This document shows positions 49,117 to 59,171 of a stretch of 64,000 nucleotides of DNA, in pieces. The DNA comes from Alphaproteobacteria bacterium. Lineage in GTDB: Bacteria; Pseudomonadota; Alphaproteobacteria; JAGOMX01. The notes under the pieces were generated by a model. That model saw only the letters and a list, made by a program, of their open reading frames with translations, did no database searches and had not been told where the DNA came from. The stretch lies in assembly GCA_017993335.1 (NCBI GenBank), contig JAGOMX010000001.1:4863-68862 (forward strand), given 5' to 3'. Position numbers and translations under genes: made by a program. Positions within the stretch are counted from its first letter, which is position 1, and each line of letters opens with the position of its first letter.

Positions 49117-50987
49117 GACGGCCTCCTCTTCAGCGCTGGGTAAATTCCCAGGAGACCTGCGATAATCATCATCAACGCACCTAGCCAAAGAATGTATATG
49201 GCTGGATGCCATTGCAATTTTACTAACCATTCGTTCTGGCTATTCTTCCCGCCCAGTATCATATAAAGATCTCCCAGGTCTATAGGTTGTATGGCCGTTT
49301 CTGACGTAATCATTTCATGTAAAGGGTAATATCTTTTTTCTGGGTAAGCTTGCCATTCACGATTGTTTTTTCTTATATGCAGATGAGCAATCTCTTTTTG
49401 AAAGTAGGGGGCTTGGACTTGTGAAAGACGTTCTAGCTTGAGGGTAAATGGGCCAACGCTTTGGGATTGGCCTTCGCTAAACGCTAAGGTATGTTCTTGT
49501 TTTTCAAAGGTATCAATGGCGGCCCCTAAGACCAAAACAGCAACGCCTGCATGGGCAAGGGTCATCGACGCATAACGTAACGACAATCTTTTATGCCGAA
49601 ATTTTATCCATAAATCGAAGAAACTAGAAATCAGCAATGTCGCGCTTATGGCAAATAAGAGTAAGCCAATCAGGGGCCAGGCCGTTTTGAAATAGGCCAT
49701 CGTTATCGTCGCGCCTAGAAAAAATGTGAGCACATAGGCGTAAGATTGTTTTAATCCTGAAGGTATCTTTAGATAGGGAACAGCCGTCATCAGTCCCAAC
49801 ATGATCAGAAAAAAAGGAAGGGTGGTCTCATTAAAATAAGGCGCCCCGACGGAGATTAATATGCCGGACATCTGATTTAATATTAAAGGATAAAGTGTAC
49901 CTAAAAGCACGATACCAAAAATGCTTAACAGCAAAATAGTGTTCAAAAAGATAAGGGCTTCTTTGGATAAAATCGGAATAGGATTTTTTTCAAGAACGAT
50001 TCGGTATCGCATAGAGGTGTAAATGGCATAAAGCAAATATGTAAAAAAAATAATGCCCAGGAAGCCCCCCCGTACAGGATCAACGGCAAAAGCATGAACA
50101 GAAGACAGAAATCCGGACCGCACTAAAAATAGAGTCAATAAGGCCATTAAGAATCCACCCATGCCCAGCCATGCAACCATGGTGTGCTGGGTTTGGTTTT
50201 TTTCAAAACTTGTGAGGCTGTGTATTAAGGCTGTGACAATTAACCAAGGGAGAAGGGAGAGATTTTCCACCGGATCCCAAAACCACCAACCGCCCCAACC
50301 CAATTCATAATAGGCCCACCAACTTCCCAAGGTGATGCCCGTCGTTAAAAAACACCAACAAAGAAGACTCCATGGCCGCATGATTTTTGCATAAGTTGTA
50401 TCTAAAAGATGGTGCCGTAACGATACAATCGTAAAAGCAAAAAGGACGGATAGTAAGGTCAGACCCGTATAAAGAATGGGGGGATGAATAGCGAGTGTGG
50501 GATCTTCCAACAAAGGATTTAATCCCATACCCTGACGCGGTTCTTGATGTAATTGCACAAAAGGATTCGAGGTTGTTAATATAAACATATGAAAGCAAAA
50601 ACTTATAGACCCCATAAGGGAGATAAGAGAAAACCGTATGGAGGAAGGTATAACTCGTTGGAGACAAAAAATAGAAGAGCCGGCTGTCATGAGCATGAGC
50701 CATAGCAACATCGAACCTTCATGATTGCCCCAAGTGCCGCTTATTTTGTAGATGAGTTCGGCTGCCTCGTGGGAATTTAAAGCGACATTCAGTGTCGATA
50801 AATCCGAGGCCACAAAGGCAAACATGAGAGAGAAAAAGGCTGCAGACACTAAAAATGCTGAAACCGTCATGAAGGTTTCAGATATTTGATGTCCATACTT
50901 AAAGTTTTTTATAAATGTAAGACACGGCGTAATTGTCTGTAATAAAGAAAAGAAAGCACTAAGAGAGAGAAGTGTTACACCTATCAT
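49113..50987 (-). CDS. ccmF: cytochrome c-type biogenesis heme lyase subunit CcmF
   Basis: 624 aa polytopic protein with a WGGWWFWDPVEN WWD-domain motif. Confidence 0.9.
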   Translation of the reverse strand: MIGVTLLSLSAFFSLLQTITPCLTFIKNFKYGHQISETFMTVSAFLVSAAFFSLMFAFVASDLSTLNVALNSHEAAELIYKISGTWGNHEGSMLLWLMLMTAGSSIFCLQRVIPSSIRFSLISLMGSISFCFHMFILTTSNPFVQLHQEPRQGMGLNPLLEDPTLAIHPPILYTGLTLLSVLFAFTIVSLRHHLLDTTYAKIMRPWSLLCWCFLTTGITLGSWWAYYELGWGGWWFWDPVENLSLLPWLIVTALIHSLTSFEKNQTQHTMVAWLGMGGFLMALLTLFLVRSGFLSSVHAFAVDPVRGGFLGIIFFTYLLYAIYTSMRYRIVLEKNPIPILSKEALIFLNTILLLSIFGIVLLGTLYPLILNQMSGILISVGAPYFNETTLPFFLIMLGLMTAVPYLKIPSGLKQSYAYVLTFFLGATITMAYFKTAWPLIGLLLFAISATLLISSFFDLWIKFRHKRLSLRYASMTLAHAGVAVLVLGAAIDTFEKQEHTLAFSEGQSQSVGPFTLKLERLSQVQAPYFQKEIAHLHIRKNNREWQAYPEKRYYPLHEMITSETAIQPIDLGDLYMILGGKNSQNEWLVKLQWHPAIYILWLGALMMIIAGLLGIYPALKRRPS

Positions 50988-51400
50988 GGCTTTGACTCAC
51001 GTAAAGAAGAGAGCTCTGGGGGCATATAATTTTCATCATGTTTCGCAAGCAAGGTATCGGCCTTAAATAAATCTTGCCTTATAAGTGTACCTTCCGCCAC
51101 GATTCCTTGGCCTTCCCGAAAAAGATCTGGAGCGATTCCTTGATATTCAACACCTATATCTGCTTTAAAATCGGTTAGGCGAAACATCATATGAGTGCCA
51201 TTTTTTTCAATCGAATCTTTAACAACCATTCCCCCCAACCTAATTTTTTTAAGCAACGGAGGGTTTTGATCTTGAAGCTCAGAAGGGGAATAAAAAAATG
51301 AAATATTTTCCTGAAAAGAAGTCAGTATATACGCAGATCCTATACTTAAGCAGAATAAGCTGGCCAAAAGGATTAAAAAACGCTGAGTTTTAACATTCAT
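50984..51400 (-). CDS. ccmE: cytochrome c-type biogenesis heme chaperone CcmE
   Basis: N-terminal TM anchor then an OB-fold region with FRLTD and a conserved His context. ATGA overlap with ccmF. Confidence 0.85.
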   Translation of the reverse strand: MNVKTQRFLILLASLFCLSIGSAYILTSFQENISFFYSPSELQDQNPPLLKKIRLGGMVVKDSIEKNGTHMMFRLTDFKADIGVEYQGIAPDLFREGQGIVAEGTLIRQDLFKADTLLAKHDENYMPPELSSLRESKP

Positions 51401-51530
51401 GGATTAGATTCGTCAGCTGTTGAATTTTCTTTTTTGTAAGATGATGCAGCCAAAATGTGTGCGCGATTAAAAAAAACATAAGTATAAAAGCCAAGCCATA
51501 AGCGGCAAAAATGTAAGGTTGATGGGTCAT
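51390..51530 (-). CDS. ccmD: heme exporter protein CcmD (small membrane protein, not in supplied ORF track)
   Basis: 46-aa ORF MTHQPYIFAAYGLAFILMFFLIAHTFWLHHLTKKKIQQLTNLIHEC. Single TM plus basic tail. Sits in the canonical position between ccmC and ccmE and overlaps the ccmE start. Confidence 0.55.
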   Translation of the reverse strand: MTHQPYIFAAYGLAFILMFFLIAHTFWLHHLTKKKIQQLTNLIHEC

Positions 51531-51534
51531 TGTT

Positions 51535-52260
51535 CTACCTTTGCCATGATAATTTTAACTGCATAGTTTTAAGCTTAAAGAGTAAAAGCTGGTTTTGTAG
51601 GCGATGCGCGGTGATGGCTATAAATAAGAAAAAATAAGCCGCCGCCATCCATAAGAGAGGTGTCAACATAGACGTATGGATAGAGGGTCCGCTTAGTTTG
51701 AGAACGCTGGAGGGTTGATGCAAAGTATTCCACCAATCTACGGAAAATTTGATAATCGGTAAATTTATCAACCCAATAATTGCAAGAGCCGATCCCATTT
51801 TGTAGGCTTTATCCTTATCATCTATAGATTGTATAAAGAGTATATATCCCACATACATAAAAAATAAAATGAGCATAGACGTCAATCTTGCATCCCAAAC
51901 CCACCATGTTCCCCACATGGGTTTACCCCATAAGGATCCCGTTACAAGACTAATGAAAGCATATAGCATACCGACAGGAGCCGCCGCATAAGCAAGCTGA
52001 GCCGCAATAGGAAGGCGGAATATAAAATAACTAATGCTGCAAAGGCCCATAACTCCGTAGATCATTAACGCAAACCAAGAGGCCGGAACATGTACATACA
52101 TGATACGAACGCTATCCCCCTGTTGATAATCTGCCGGCGATGCAAAAAAAGCGATGAAAATCCCAATAGAAAAACAAAATGCAGCGATAAGATAAGCCCC
52201 TGGCGTTATCCAGTTGAGTATACTCATCCATTTTTTAGGTTGCGCAAGACGATAAAACAT
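51535..52260 (-). CDS. ccmC: heme exporter protein CcmC
   Basis: WGTWWVWDARLT WWD motif. ATG at 52260 (MFYRLAQPKKWMSIL, like E. coli CcmC N-terminus). The ORF-track TTG at 52323 is less likely. Confidence 0.85.
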   Translation of the reverse strand: MFYRLAQPKKWMSILNWITPGAYLIAAFCFSIGIFIAFFASPADYQQGDSVRIMYVHVPASWFALMIYGVMGLCSISYFIFRLPIAAQLAYAAAPVGMLYAFISLVTGSLWGKPMWGTWWVWDARLTSMLILFFMYVGYILFIQSIDDKDKAYKMGSALAIIGLINLPIIKFSVDWWNTLHQPSSVLKLSGPSIHTSMLTPLLWMAAAYFFLFIAITAHRLQNQLLLFKLKTMQLKLSWQR

Positions 52261-52376
52261 CCCCTGTTTTTTTCCTTTAAAGGGTTTCTTAGGAAAGGTA
52301 CATGAATTCTTTTGCAGAACCAAGTGTAAACCTTAACGTTTTATATGGAAGAGTATTTTTTAGATGTCATTGAAAT

Positions 52377-52453
52377 GGTGCGCCCGAGAGGATTCGAACC
52401 TCCGGCCCCAGGATTAGGAATCCTGTGCTCTATCCTGCTGAGCTACGGGCGCG
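52377..52453 (-). tRNA. tRNA-Arg (anticodon CCU)
   Basis: 77-nt cloverleaf on the minus strand. Acceptor GCGCCCG/CGGGCGC, anticodon loop UUCCUAA, T-loop TTCGAAT, encoded CCA. Confidence 0.85.
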
Positions 52454-52515
52454 TTGTGCAGTGAACATAATCTATTGCAAAGATGCATGACTCTGCAAGT
52501 TAAGAATTCAGTTTT

Positions 52516-52725
52516 TTATTCTCGTTCATCCAACCAGGCCATCTGGATGGCCTCTAGGATTTTTTCATTGGATTTATTTGGATCATCGGAAAATCCAGGT
52601 AAATCTTGTACCCATTGCCATAAATCGGTAAAGCGGGTTTGCAGAATATCCGTATTTGGATAAGCGCTTTCCAGCTCAATGGCAATGTGATGTATATCCG
52701 TCCAACGAAAGTTTTTAGCTGACAT
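52516..52725 (-). CDS. iscX: Fe-S cluster assembly protein IscX (YfhJ)
   Basis: 69-aa acidic protein WTDIHHIAIELESAYPNTD, matching the IscX family. Last gene of the isc operon. Confidence 0.75.
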   Translation of the reverse strand: MSAKNFRWTDIHHIAIELESAYPNTDILQTRFTDLWQWVQDLPGFSDDPNKSNEKILEAIQMAWLDERE

Positions 52726-53064
52726 TTAGTTTGAATCAACCATCATATTACGAGTTGCAGAAGGTAGTCTGACCACTAGGCCATCTAATTCTTCTGTAAT
52801 GATAATTTGGCAGCCCAGACGAGATGTCTGCGTCAGAGCAAATGCCAGATCCAGCATGTCTTCTTCTTCCTCGCTGGGTTCGGTGAGCAGCTCAAACCAC
52901 TCTGGTTCCACAACCACATGGCAAGTTGAGCAGGCCAGTGACCCTTCGCAAGCGCCTTCTAAATCGATGTCGTGATTATGGGCGATTTCCATAACAGAAA
53001 GACCTATGGGGGCATCGACGTCTTGACGGGTTCCGTCGGGATGTATAAATGTCATTGTTGGCAT
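52726..53064 (-). CDS. fdx: [2Fe-2S] ferredoxin of the ISC system
   Basis: [11 protein letters not shown] ... C cysteine pattern of adrenodoxin-type ferredoxin. Confidence 0.85.
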   Translation of the reverse strand: MPTMTFIHPDGTRQDVDAPIGLSVMEIAHNHDIDLEGACEGSLACSTCHVVVEPEWFELLTEPSEEEEDMLDLAFALTQTSRLGCQIIITEELDGLVVRLPSATRNMMVDSN

Positions 53065-53090
53065 TTTATAAACTCCTAAAAAAATGTAAG

Positions 53091-54887
53091 TTATTGTTCA
53101 GTCGCTGGATTAAGCTCTTGAATATTTTTTCCTTTAAGTGCAGCACGAATAGCTTGATTCATACGGTCTTCTGCAAAGCCCCTCGTTGATTTTTCCAGAA
53201 CTTCGCAGCTTTGTTTTATAGCACTAATATCTTTTAAAGCAATATTTTCTCGTAACAAGTGCATATTTTCTTGTATTTCAGAAAGACTAGCCTCGCTCAA
53301 CAGGCTAGCATCCCTCTTTAAGGCGCTTTCTATACTTAACAAAAGTCTTGTTGCATCGACGATGCTTTGAGCGAGTAAGCGCTCGCCCATATCTACATCC
53401 GCGTTTTCGTATCCGGATATAATCATAGAGGTGAGTTCCTCTTCGCTTAAACCATAAGAAGGATGAAGGTGAATCGTTTGTTGTGTTCCTGTGGTTGTTT
53501 CTTCCGCCGTTACAGACAGCAAACTATCTGCGTCTATGGTAAAGGTAACTCTTACGCGAGCAGAGCCAGCTACTTTAGGGGGAATGCCTGTGAGGTCAAA
53601 TTTACATAAAGACCGACACATGCCAACCATTTCTCGCTCCCCTTGAACAATATGAAAGCTCATGGCGGTTTGGCCATCTTGATACGTTGTGAATTCTTGA
53701 GATTTACAGACGGGTATGGGGGTGTTGCGATAAATAATTTTTTCAACCAGCCCACCCATCGTTTCTAAACCGATAGAAAGCGGTGTTACATCGAGCAATA
53801 AAGTGTCCGATCCACGGGTTAGAGCATGAGCTTGTAAAGCGGCGCCATAGGCAACAGCTAAATCGGGGTCCATCGTATCCAGAGGTGTTTTGCCAAACAT
53901 TTCTTTAAGTCGGGATGAGATAAAAGGTATGCGTGTGGAGCCACCGACTAAAACGATACCATCCACATCGGAGATATCTATATGCGCTTGTAAGATCACG
54001 TCACGACAAACATCTAAAGTTTGTTCTACAAATGGATGAATCAGGTGATGGTAATCCATCAAAGAAATAGGCAAGTTCGTATCTTCAGTCGCAAGGCTCA
54101 GCTGATGTTTGAGTTCTTTTGCTGCTAATTTTTTTATATGAATAGGGTCTGGAGAATTTTTAAAAAGAGAGTCTATTAACAGATTGTCGATATCGTCACC
54201 CCCTAGATGGGTATTGCCCCCTGTTGCTAGAACTTGGAAAACACCATTTTCTAGTTTGAGTACAGAGGCATCAAAAGTTCCCCCTCCCAAATCATAAATA
54301 ACGAAAGTTCCCATTTTTTCAGTATCGAGGCCATAGGCAAGAGCGGCGGCTGTGGGCTCATTTAATAAGCGCAGTACATCTAGTCCCGCAAGCTTAGCTG
54401 CATCTCGTGTAGCCATGCGAGCGGCTTCATCAAAATAAGCGGGCACCGTGATGACAGCCTGACGAACGGGTTGCTCTAGAGCCGATTCAGCGATGGATTT
54501 TAGTTTTTTTAAAATCTCCGCGGAAACTTCAATGGGCGTTACAGATTTTTTTCCGACTTGTAAGCGAATTATTTTATCCGTGTCGACGCTTTCTTTTGCC
54601 GCAGGACTTTCGCCCATTTTTCTTTTTATAGATTTGATGACGCTATCGGGAAAATTTACATAGTCGTCTTCTGCGTGTTTGCCAACGCTGGGTGTTTCAT
54701 GTTGGTAGGAAACCACAGAAGGCAACATCTTATTGCCGTGCGCATCTGTTAGAATCGTCGCTTTTCCATCCATAACCACCGCGACCAAAGAATGGGTCGT
54801 GCCTAAGTCTATGCCTACGGCTATATTTTCCGTGACGTTTTTTCGATCGATGGATCCGGGTTCAGAGATTTGAAGTAATGCGGCCAT
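53091..54887 (-). CDS. hscA: Fe-S protein assembly chaperone HscA (Hsp70 family)
   Basis: 598 aa Hsp70-like. [20 protein letters not shown] motifs. Confidence 0.9.
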   Translation of the reverse strand: MAALLQISEPGSIDRKNVTENIAVGIDLGTTHSLVAVVMDGKATILTDAHGNKMLPSVVSYQHETPSVGKHAEDDYVNFPDSVIKSIKRKMGESPAAKESVDTDKIIRLQVGKKSVTPIEVSAEILKKLKSIAESALEQPVRQAVITVPAYFDEAARMATRDAAKLAGLDVLRLLNEPTAAALAYGLDTEKMGTFVIYDLGGGTFDASVLKLENGVFQVLATGGNTHLGGDDIDNLLIDSLFKNSPDPIHIKKLAAKELKHQLSLATEDTNLPISLMDYHHLIHPFVEQTLDVCRDVILQAHIDISDVDGIVLVGGSTRIPFISSRLKEMFGKTPLDTMDPDLAVAYGAALQAHALTRGSDTLLLDVTPLSIGLETMGGLVEKIIYRNTPIPVCKSQEFTTYQDGQTAMSFHIVQGEREMVGMCRSLCKFDLTGIPPKVAGSARVRVTFTIDADSLLSVTAEETTTGTQQTIHLHPSYGLSEEELTSMIISGYENADVDMGERLLAQSIVDATRLLLSIESALKRDASLLSEASLSEIQENMHLLRENIALKDISAIKQSCEVLEKSTRGFAEDRMNQAIRAALKGKNIQELNPATEQ

Positions 54888-54890
54888 GAT

Positions 54891-55475
54891 TTAACTAACT
54901 TTCCTCTCCATGGATTCGATACGAATTTTGTTAAAGTACCTTAAGCGATTCAGTAAACTAGCCGCTCTATCTAAGGCTTTTGTGGCAAAAGCTTGGGATA
55001 AATGGTTTTCCGTTTGTACGATTTCTTGCTGTAATTCGTCTTGAAAGGCAAAAAGCTGCGCCTGCGTTTCGATATCCACTAGCTGCTCGCGTAGTTCGAT
55101 GATGCGCATAAGCAATTCTGGATCATCCAGGGATTGTTCTTCAATGTTACCCGATTTGTGCCCGGCTATTTTTAGCATTTCTTGCGCGCGCAGATCCGAT
55201 TTCTTCAGTATCATGTAGGCATCATTAAGAGCGGCAGACTGTTGTGCCGCATAAATTTTTTCTTGTCGTGGGGCCGTGATAAAACGATCTGGGTGCACTT
55301 GCCTTTGTATGCTTTTATATTTTTCTTCTAAGGTTTGATACGGCATATCAAATTCCACAGGCATGCCAAGTCGTTCAAACGCATGGATATTGGTGACACC
55401 CTGAAGTTTATGGCAATCGCTACAAAACCAAAGGTCTTCCACTTCGAGGGAGCATGACCAGCAGGATCTAGACAT
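54891..55475 (-). CDS. hscB: Fe-S protein assembly co-chaperone HscB with N-terminal Cys4 zinc-finger
   Basis: J-domain HPD motif (VHPDRF). N-terminal CWSCS...CSDCH tetracysteine. Start chosen at MSRSCW to limit overlap with iscA; longer alternatives exist. Confidence 0.75.
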   Translation of the reverse strand: MSRSCWSCSLEVEDLWFCSDCHKLQGVTNIHAFERLGMPVEFDMPYQTLEEKYKSIQRQVHPDRFITAPRQEKIYAAQQSAALNDAYMILKKSDLRAQEMLKIAGHKSGNIEEQSLDDPELLMRIIELREQLVDIETQAQLFAFQDELQQEIVQTENHLSQAFATKALDRAASLLNRLRYFNKIRIESMERKVS

Positions 55476-55815
55476 GGAAGGATTCTCCACAACCACATCG
55501 TCCTTTCTCATTGGGGTTAATGAATTTAAAGCCGGATTCCAGTTCGGTTTCTTCAAAATCCATGGTTGTCCCAATGAGAAACATAACGGCTTTAGGATCT
55601 ACAAATACGGTCAATCCATGACTAGAGATAATTTCATCCAACGGGTTGATTTCATCCACATACTCTAATGTATAGGAAAGACCAGAACAGCCTTTTGTTC
55701 GCAGACCAATGCGGATGCCAAGGGATGTTTTTTGGCGCGCCTCGAGTAAGCGCTCAATTTGCTTGGCGGCATTTTCTGTGACTTGCAATAACGGAAGGCG
55801 TTCTGTTTTCGTCAT
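55468..55815 (-). CDS. iscA: iron-sulfur cluster insertion protein IscA
   Basis: HesB-like with C-terminal CGCGESF motif. Confidence 0.85.
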   Translation of the reverse strand: MTKTERLPLLQVTENAAKQIERLLEARQKTSLGIRIGLRTKGCSGLSYTLEYVDEINPLDEIISSHGLTVFVDPKAVMFLIGTTMDFEETELESGFKFINPNEKGRCGCGESFHV

Positions 55816-55816
55816 T

Positions 55817-56206
55817 TTATTCCGCCGTGCTGGACTGTTTGGATCTGTAATCTTTCACCGCTGCTCGTATGGCGTCTTCGGCTAAGACGGAGCAGTGTAT
55901 TTTCACCGGAGGCAGTGCCAAGTGTTGTGCAATATCCGTGTTCTTAATTTCCATAGCTTGATCAATCGTTTTGCCTTTAACCCATTCCGTTAATAAGGAA
56001 CTAGACGCAATAGCTGAACCGCAACCAAAAGTTTTAAATTTTGCATCTTCAATGACGTCATTGACAACTTTAATCTGTAGTTTCATAACGTCACCGCATG
56101 CCGGCGCGCCTACAAGACCCGTTCCCACATCTTTTTCTGATTTATCAAAGGACCCAACGTTACGTGGGTTCTCATAGTGATCGATAACTTTTTCGCTATA
56201 TGCCAT
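55817..56206 (-). CDS. iscU: Fe-S cluster scaffold IscU
   Basis: GAPACGDVMKL, LPPVKIHCSVLA conserved IscU motifs. Confidence 0.9.
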   Translation of the reverse strand: MAYSEKVIDHYENPRNVGSFDKSEKDVGTGLVGAPACGDVMKLQIKVVNDVIEDAKFKTFGCGSAIASSSLLTEWVKGKTIDQAMEIKNTDIAQHLALPPVKIHCSVLAEDAIRAAVKDYRSKQSSTAE

Positions 56207-56216
56207 TTTAAACTCC

Positions 56217-57455
56217 TTAATGTTCCGCCCATTTTATTTGTGTAATATCAATGCCTTCTTGTGCCATTTCCCATAAGGGGCTCATGTCTCGTAAGCGATT
56301 TACCTCTTGAATGATTCTTTTCGCGGCGTACTCGACTTCTTCCTTTGTGGTAAAGCGACCCAAACCAATTCTTAAAGACGTATGCGCGAGTTCTTCACCC
56401 ACACCCAGCGCTCGAAGTACATAGGAAGGTTCTAACGAGGCCGACGTACATGCAGATCCGGATGAGATCGCCAGATCTTTTAACCCCATCATTAAGCCTT
56501 CTCCTTCTACATAGGCAAAGCTGATATTAATGTTGCCAGGGAAACGTCGGGCTCTATCGCCATTAAGGTAGACCTCAGGGAGTTGGCTAAAAATAAGCTC
56601 CATGAACAGATCATGTAAAGACTTTATGTGCTGATAGTCTCGGCCCATTTCTGCAGAGGCTATCGCACAGGCTTCGCCGAAACCAACGCACAAGGGGGTT
56701 GGTAACGTACCAGATCTCATCCCACGTTCTTGGCCTCCGCCATGAATTTGTGCCAGGACTCGGACGCGAGGTTTTCTTCTTACGTATAAGGCACCAATGC
56801 CTTTTGGACCGTACATCTTATGGGAAGAAATACTCATTAGATCGATATGCATATCCTCCACATCAAGAGGAATCTTACCGGCCGCTTGAGCTGCATCCGT
56901 GTGGAAAAACACGCCTCTTTCTCGACAGATCTGTCCAATTTCTTTTATGGGTTGCTGGACGCCAATTTCATTATGGGTCGCCATGACAGAAACCAAGGCT
57001 GTTTTTTCGGTGATGGCGGAACGCAAAACATCCAAATCCAATAGGCCGGTTGAAAGTACGGGGAGGTATGTAACCTCAAACCCACTTTCCTCTAAATGAC
57101 GACAGGTGTCTAATACGCACTTATGCTCTGTCACTGTGGTGATGATATGGTTTTTAGTGTCTTTATAAAAATTCATGACGCCTTTAAGGGCGAGGTTATT
57201 GGATTCAGTTGCGCCAGATGTAAAGATAATATCTTTTTTGTCGGCACCAATCATATGGGCTATTTGTGAACGAGCCTCTTCGATAGCCGATTCAGCTTTC
57301 CAACCATAGGCATGATTGCGTGAGTGTGGGTTACCAAAATTTTCTGTGAAATGTGGAATCATTTTTTCCACAACCCGGGGGTCACAGGGCGTTGTCGCTT
57401 GATAGTCGAGATAGTACAACTTATTTTCTTGATTCGTATTCGAGGCATGTATCAT
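56217..57455 (-). CDS. iscS: cysteine desulfurase IscS
   Basis: 412 aa class V aminotransferase. [10 protein letters not shown] (PLP Lys) and SSGSACTS (active Cys loop). Confidence 0.9.
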   Translation of the reverse strand: MIHASNTNQENKLYYLDYQATTPCDPRVVEKMIPHFTENFGNPHSRNHAYGWKAESAIEEARSQIAHMIGADKKDIIFTSGATESNNLALKGVMNFYKDTKNHIITTVTEHKCVLDTCRHLEESGFEVTYLPVLSTGLLDLDVLRSAITEKTALVSVMATHNEIGVQQPIKEIGQICRERGVFFHTDAAQAAGKIPLDVEDMHIDLMSISSHKMYGPKGIGALYVRRKPRVRVLAQIHGGGQERGMRSGTLPTPLCVGFGEACAIASAEMGRDYQHIKSLHDLFMELIFSQLPEVYLNGDRARRFPGNINISFAYVEGEGLMMGLKDLAISSGSACTSASLEPSYVLRALGVGEELAHTSLRIGLGRFTTKEEVEYAAKRIIQEVNRLRDMSPLWEMAQEGIDITQIKWAEH

Positions 57456-58571
57456 TTATAATCCCTTACCCACTTTATTTTGGTTATAAAACCTTAACCA
57501 GGTTTTAGCAAAGTCTTCTATGTGTTTTTTTGAAGTTTCCCAGCCTAGGCTAACACGGATAGCTTCACCGCAGGAGTTTTCTGGTACGCCCATGGCTTTT
57601 AAAATGCGCGAACCGGCAATTTTTCCCGAGGAACATGCAGACCCGGAGCTGACAGCAAAACCGTTGAGATCTAGAAAGATCAACTGTTTTTGCGCCTCTA
57701 CCCCTGGCATCGCCATGAGCGATGTATTCGGAAGTCTTGGGACGTTCTTTCCATAAATAACAGCTTCCGGAGCGTTTTGCAGGATGATTGTCTCCAAGAG
57801 ATCCCTCAGGATAGCAACGTGCCCCCAGTCATCGGCTTCGGCTTCCAGCAGGGCTTGGCCAAACCCAATAATTCCCATCAGATTTTCAGTCCCGGCCCGC
57901 TGTCCTTTTTCTTGGCCACCACCTTGTAGCAAAGATGGGAGGTGGATGTTTTTGTTGAGAATAACAGCACCGCATCCTTTAGGCCCGCCTATTTTATGAG
58001 CGGAGACTGTTAAATAATCAACACCCATTTCTTCAAGACAAATAGGGATTTTTGTTAAGGCCGGTACCGCATCACAATGGACAACAGCTTGGTACTTTTT
58101 CGCAAGTTGCACAACTTCTTGGATAGGCTGTAGAACCCCAGTTTCATTGTTTGCCATCATAATAGAAAGAAGAATGGGCTGGCCTGAAAGGTTTTGTAAG
58201 ATGCTTTCCAGGCGAGCCAAGTCAATTTGCCCGTCAACGGTTACGGGAACATGGGAGGCGTTGTCGCTAGCACGATAGACGGATTCATGCTCAATCGAAC
58301 TGATGATAATTGCATGGTTGGGGTGGGCTCGGATCACAGCGTTATTCGCTTCTGTGCCGCCACTGGTAAAATATATTTGTTGGGGAGGAACGCGAAAATA
58401 AGCAGAAAAAATATCCCTGGTATTTTCAATGCGCGATCTATTGATACGCCCCAATTTATGAATAGAGGAGGGGTTGCCATAGTCTTCCATGGATTGGATT
58501 AAGATCTTTTTTACCCCAGGGCGTAAAGGTGTTGTGGCATTGTAGTCTAAATATACATGTGTTTCGGTCAT
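57456..58571 (-). CDS. second, NifS-like cysteine desulfurase
   Basis: 371 aa. VSAHKIGGPKG PLP-Lys motif and SSGSACSS Cys loop. Tandem with iscS. Confidence 0.85.
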   Translation of the reverse strand: MTETHVYLDYNATTPLRPGVKKILIQSMEDYGNPSSIHKLGRINRSRIENTRDIFSAYFRVPPQQIYFTSGGTEANNAVIRAHPNHAIIISSIEHESVYRASDNASHVPVTVDGQIDLARLESILQNLSGQPILLSIMMANNETGVLQPIQEVVQLAKKYQAVVHCDAVPALTKIPICLEEMGVDYLTVSAHKIGGPKGCGAVILNKNIHLPSLLQGGGQEKGQRAGTENLMGIIGFGQALLEAEADDWGHVAILRDLLETIILQNAPEAVIYGKNVPRLPNTSLMAMPGVEAQKQLIFLDLNGFAVSSGSACSSGKIAGSRILKAMGVPENSCGEAIRVSLGWETSKKHIEDFAKTWLRFYNQNKVGKGL

Positions 58572-58990
58572 GCGGCATCCTCGTCGCTCATCGCTAGATC
58601 CGCAAGGGTTTTAGAGGCTAAATAATTGGCGACATGCTGACTTAAGCCATTCCACAAGTTGTGAGTTAAGCATCTTTTTGCACCACCTTGGCATCCGTGC
58701 GACTCGCTGGGGTTGCATCGGGTTGCTTTTAAAGGTTCTTCAACAGCGTTCATAATATCCAGAACATTCGTTGCACTCGGGTCTTTTTTCAGCAGGTAAC
58801 CACCATTTTGCCCACGCGTGCTCTCCACTAAACCATGACGTCGCAATTTCATGAAAAGTTGCTCTAAATACGTAATAGATAGGCCTTGGCGCACAGAAAT
58901 ATCCATCAGCGAAACCGGAGAGTTTCTGCCGTGACTTGCTAAATCTACCATTGCCATGACGGCATAACGACCTTTTGTGCTTAGCTTCAT
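58568..58990 (-). CDS. iscR: Rrf2-family transcriptional regulator IscR
   Basis: N-terminal Rrf2 HTH (MKLSTKGRYAVMAMVDLA). Cluster-ligating Cys residues CNPSESHGCQGGAKRC. Confidence 0.85.
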   Translation of the reverse strand: MKLSTKGRYAVMAMVDLASHGRNSPVSLMDISVRQGLSITYLEQLFMKLRRHGLVESTRGQNGGYLLKKDPSATNVLDIMNAVEEPLKATRCNPSESHGCQGGAKRCLTHNLWNGLSQHVANYLASKTLADLAMSDEDAA

Positions 58991-59117
58991 GCGTTAGACC
59001 TTTTTACGTTTATTGATCGTTGCTATTTCCAAACAGGTATGCTAATCCTGGCTCGAGGGTCTTCTCGCCTTTAAGGTGTGTAGACTTAAAAACCAGCAAC
59101 AATTGAAGTCAGAATAG

Positions 59118-59144
59118 TTATCCTGACTAAATTAGTCAAGATTA
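59118..59144. promoter_or_regulatory. type-1 IscR-binding box
   Basis: ttatCCTGACTAAATTAGTCAAGatta matches the core of the type-1 consensus ATASYYGACTRWWWYAGTCRRSTAT at 19 of 19 central positions. Lies in the divergent iscR/hydrolase intergenic region. Confidence 0.5.
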
Positions 59145-59171
59145 TTGCGGAAAAAATTTAGAAAGGATGCC

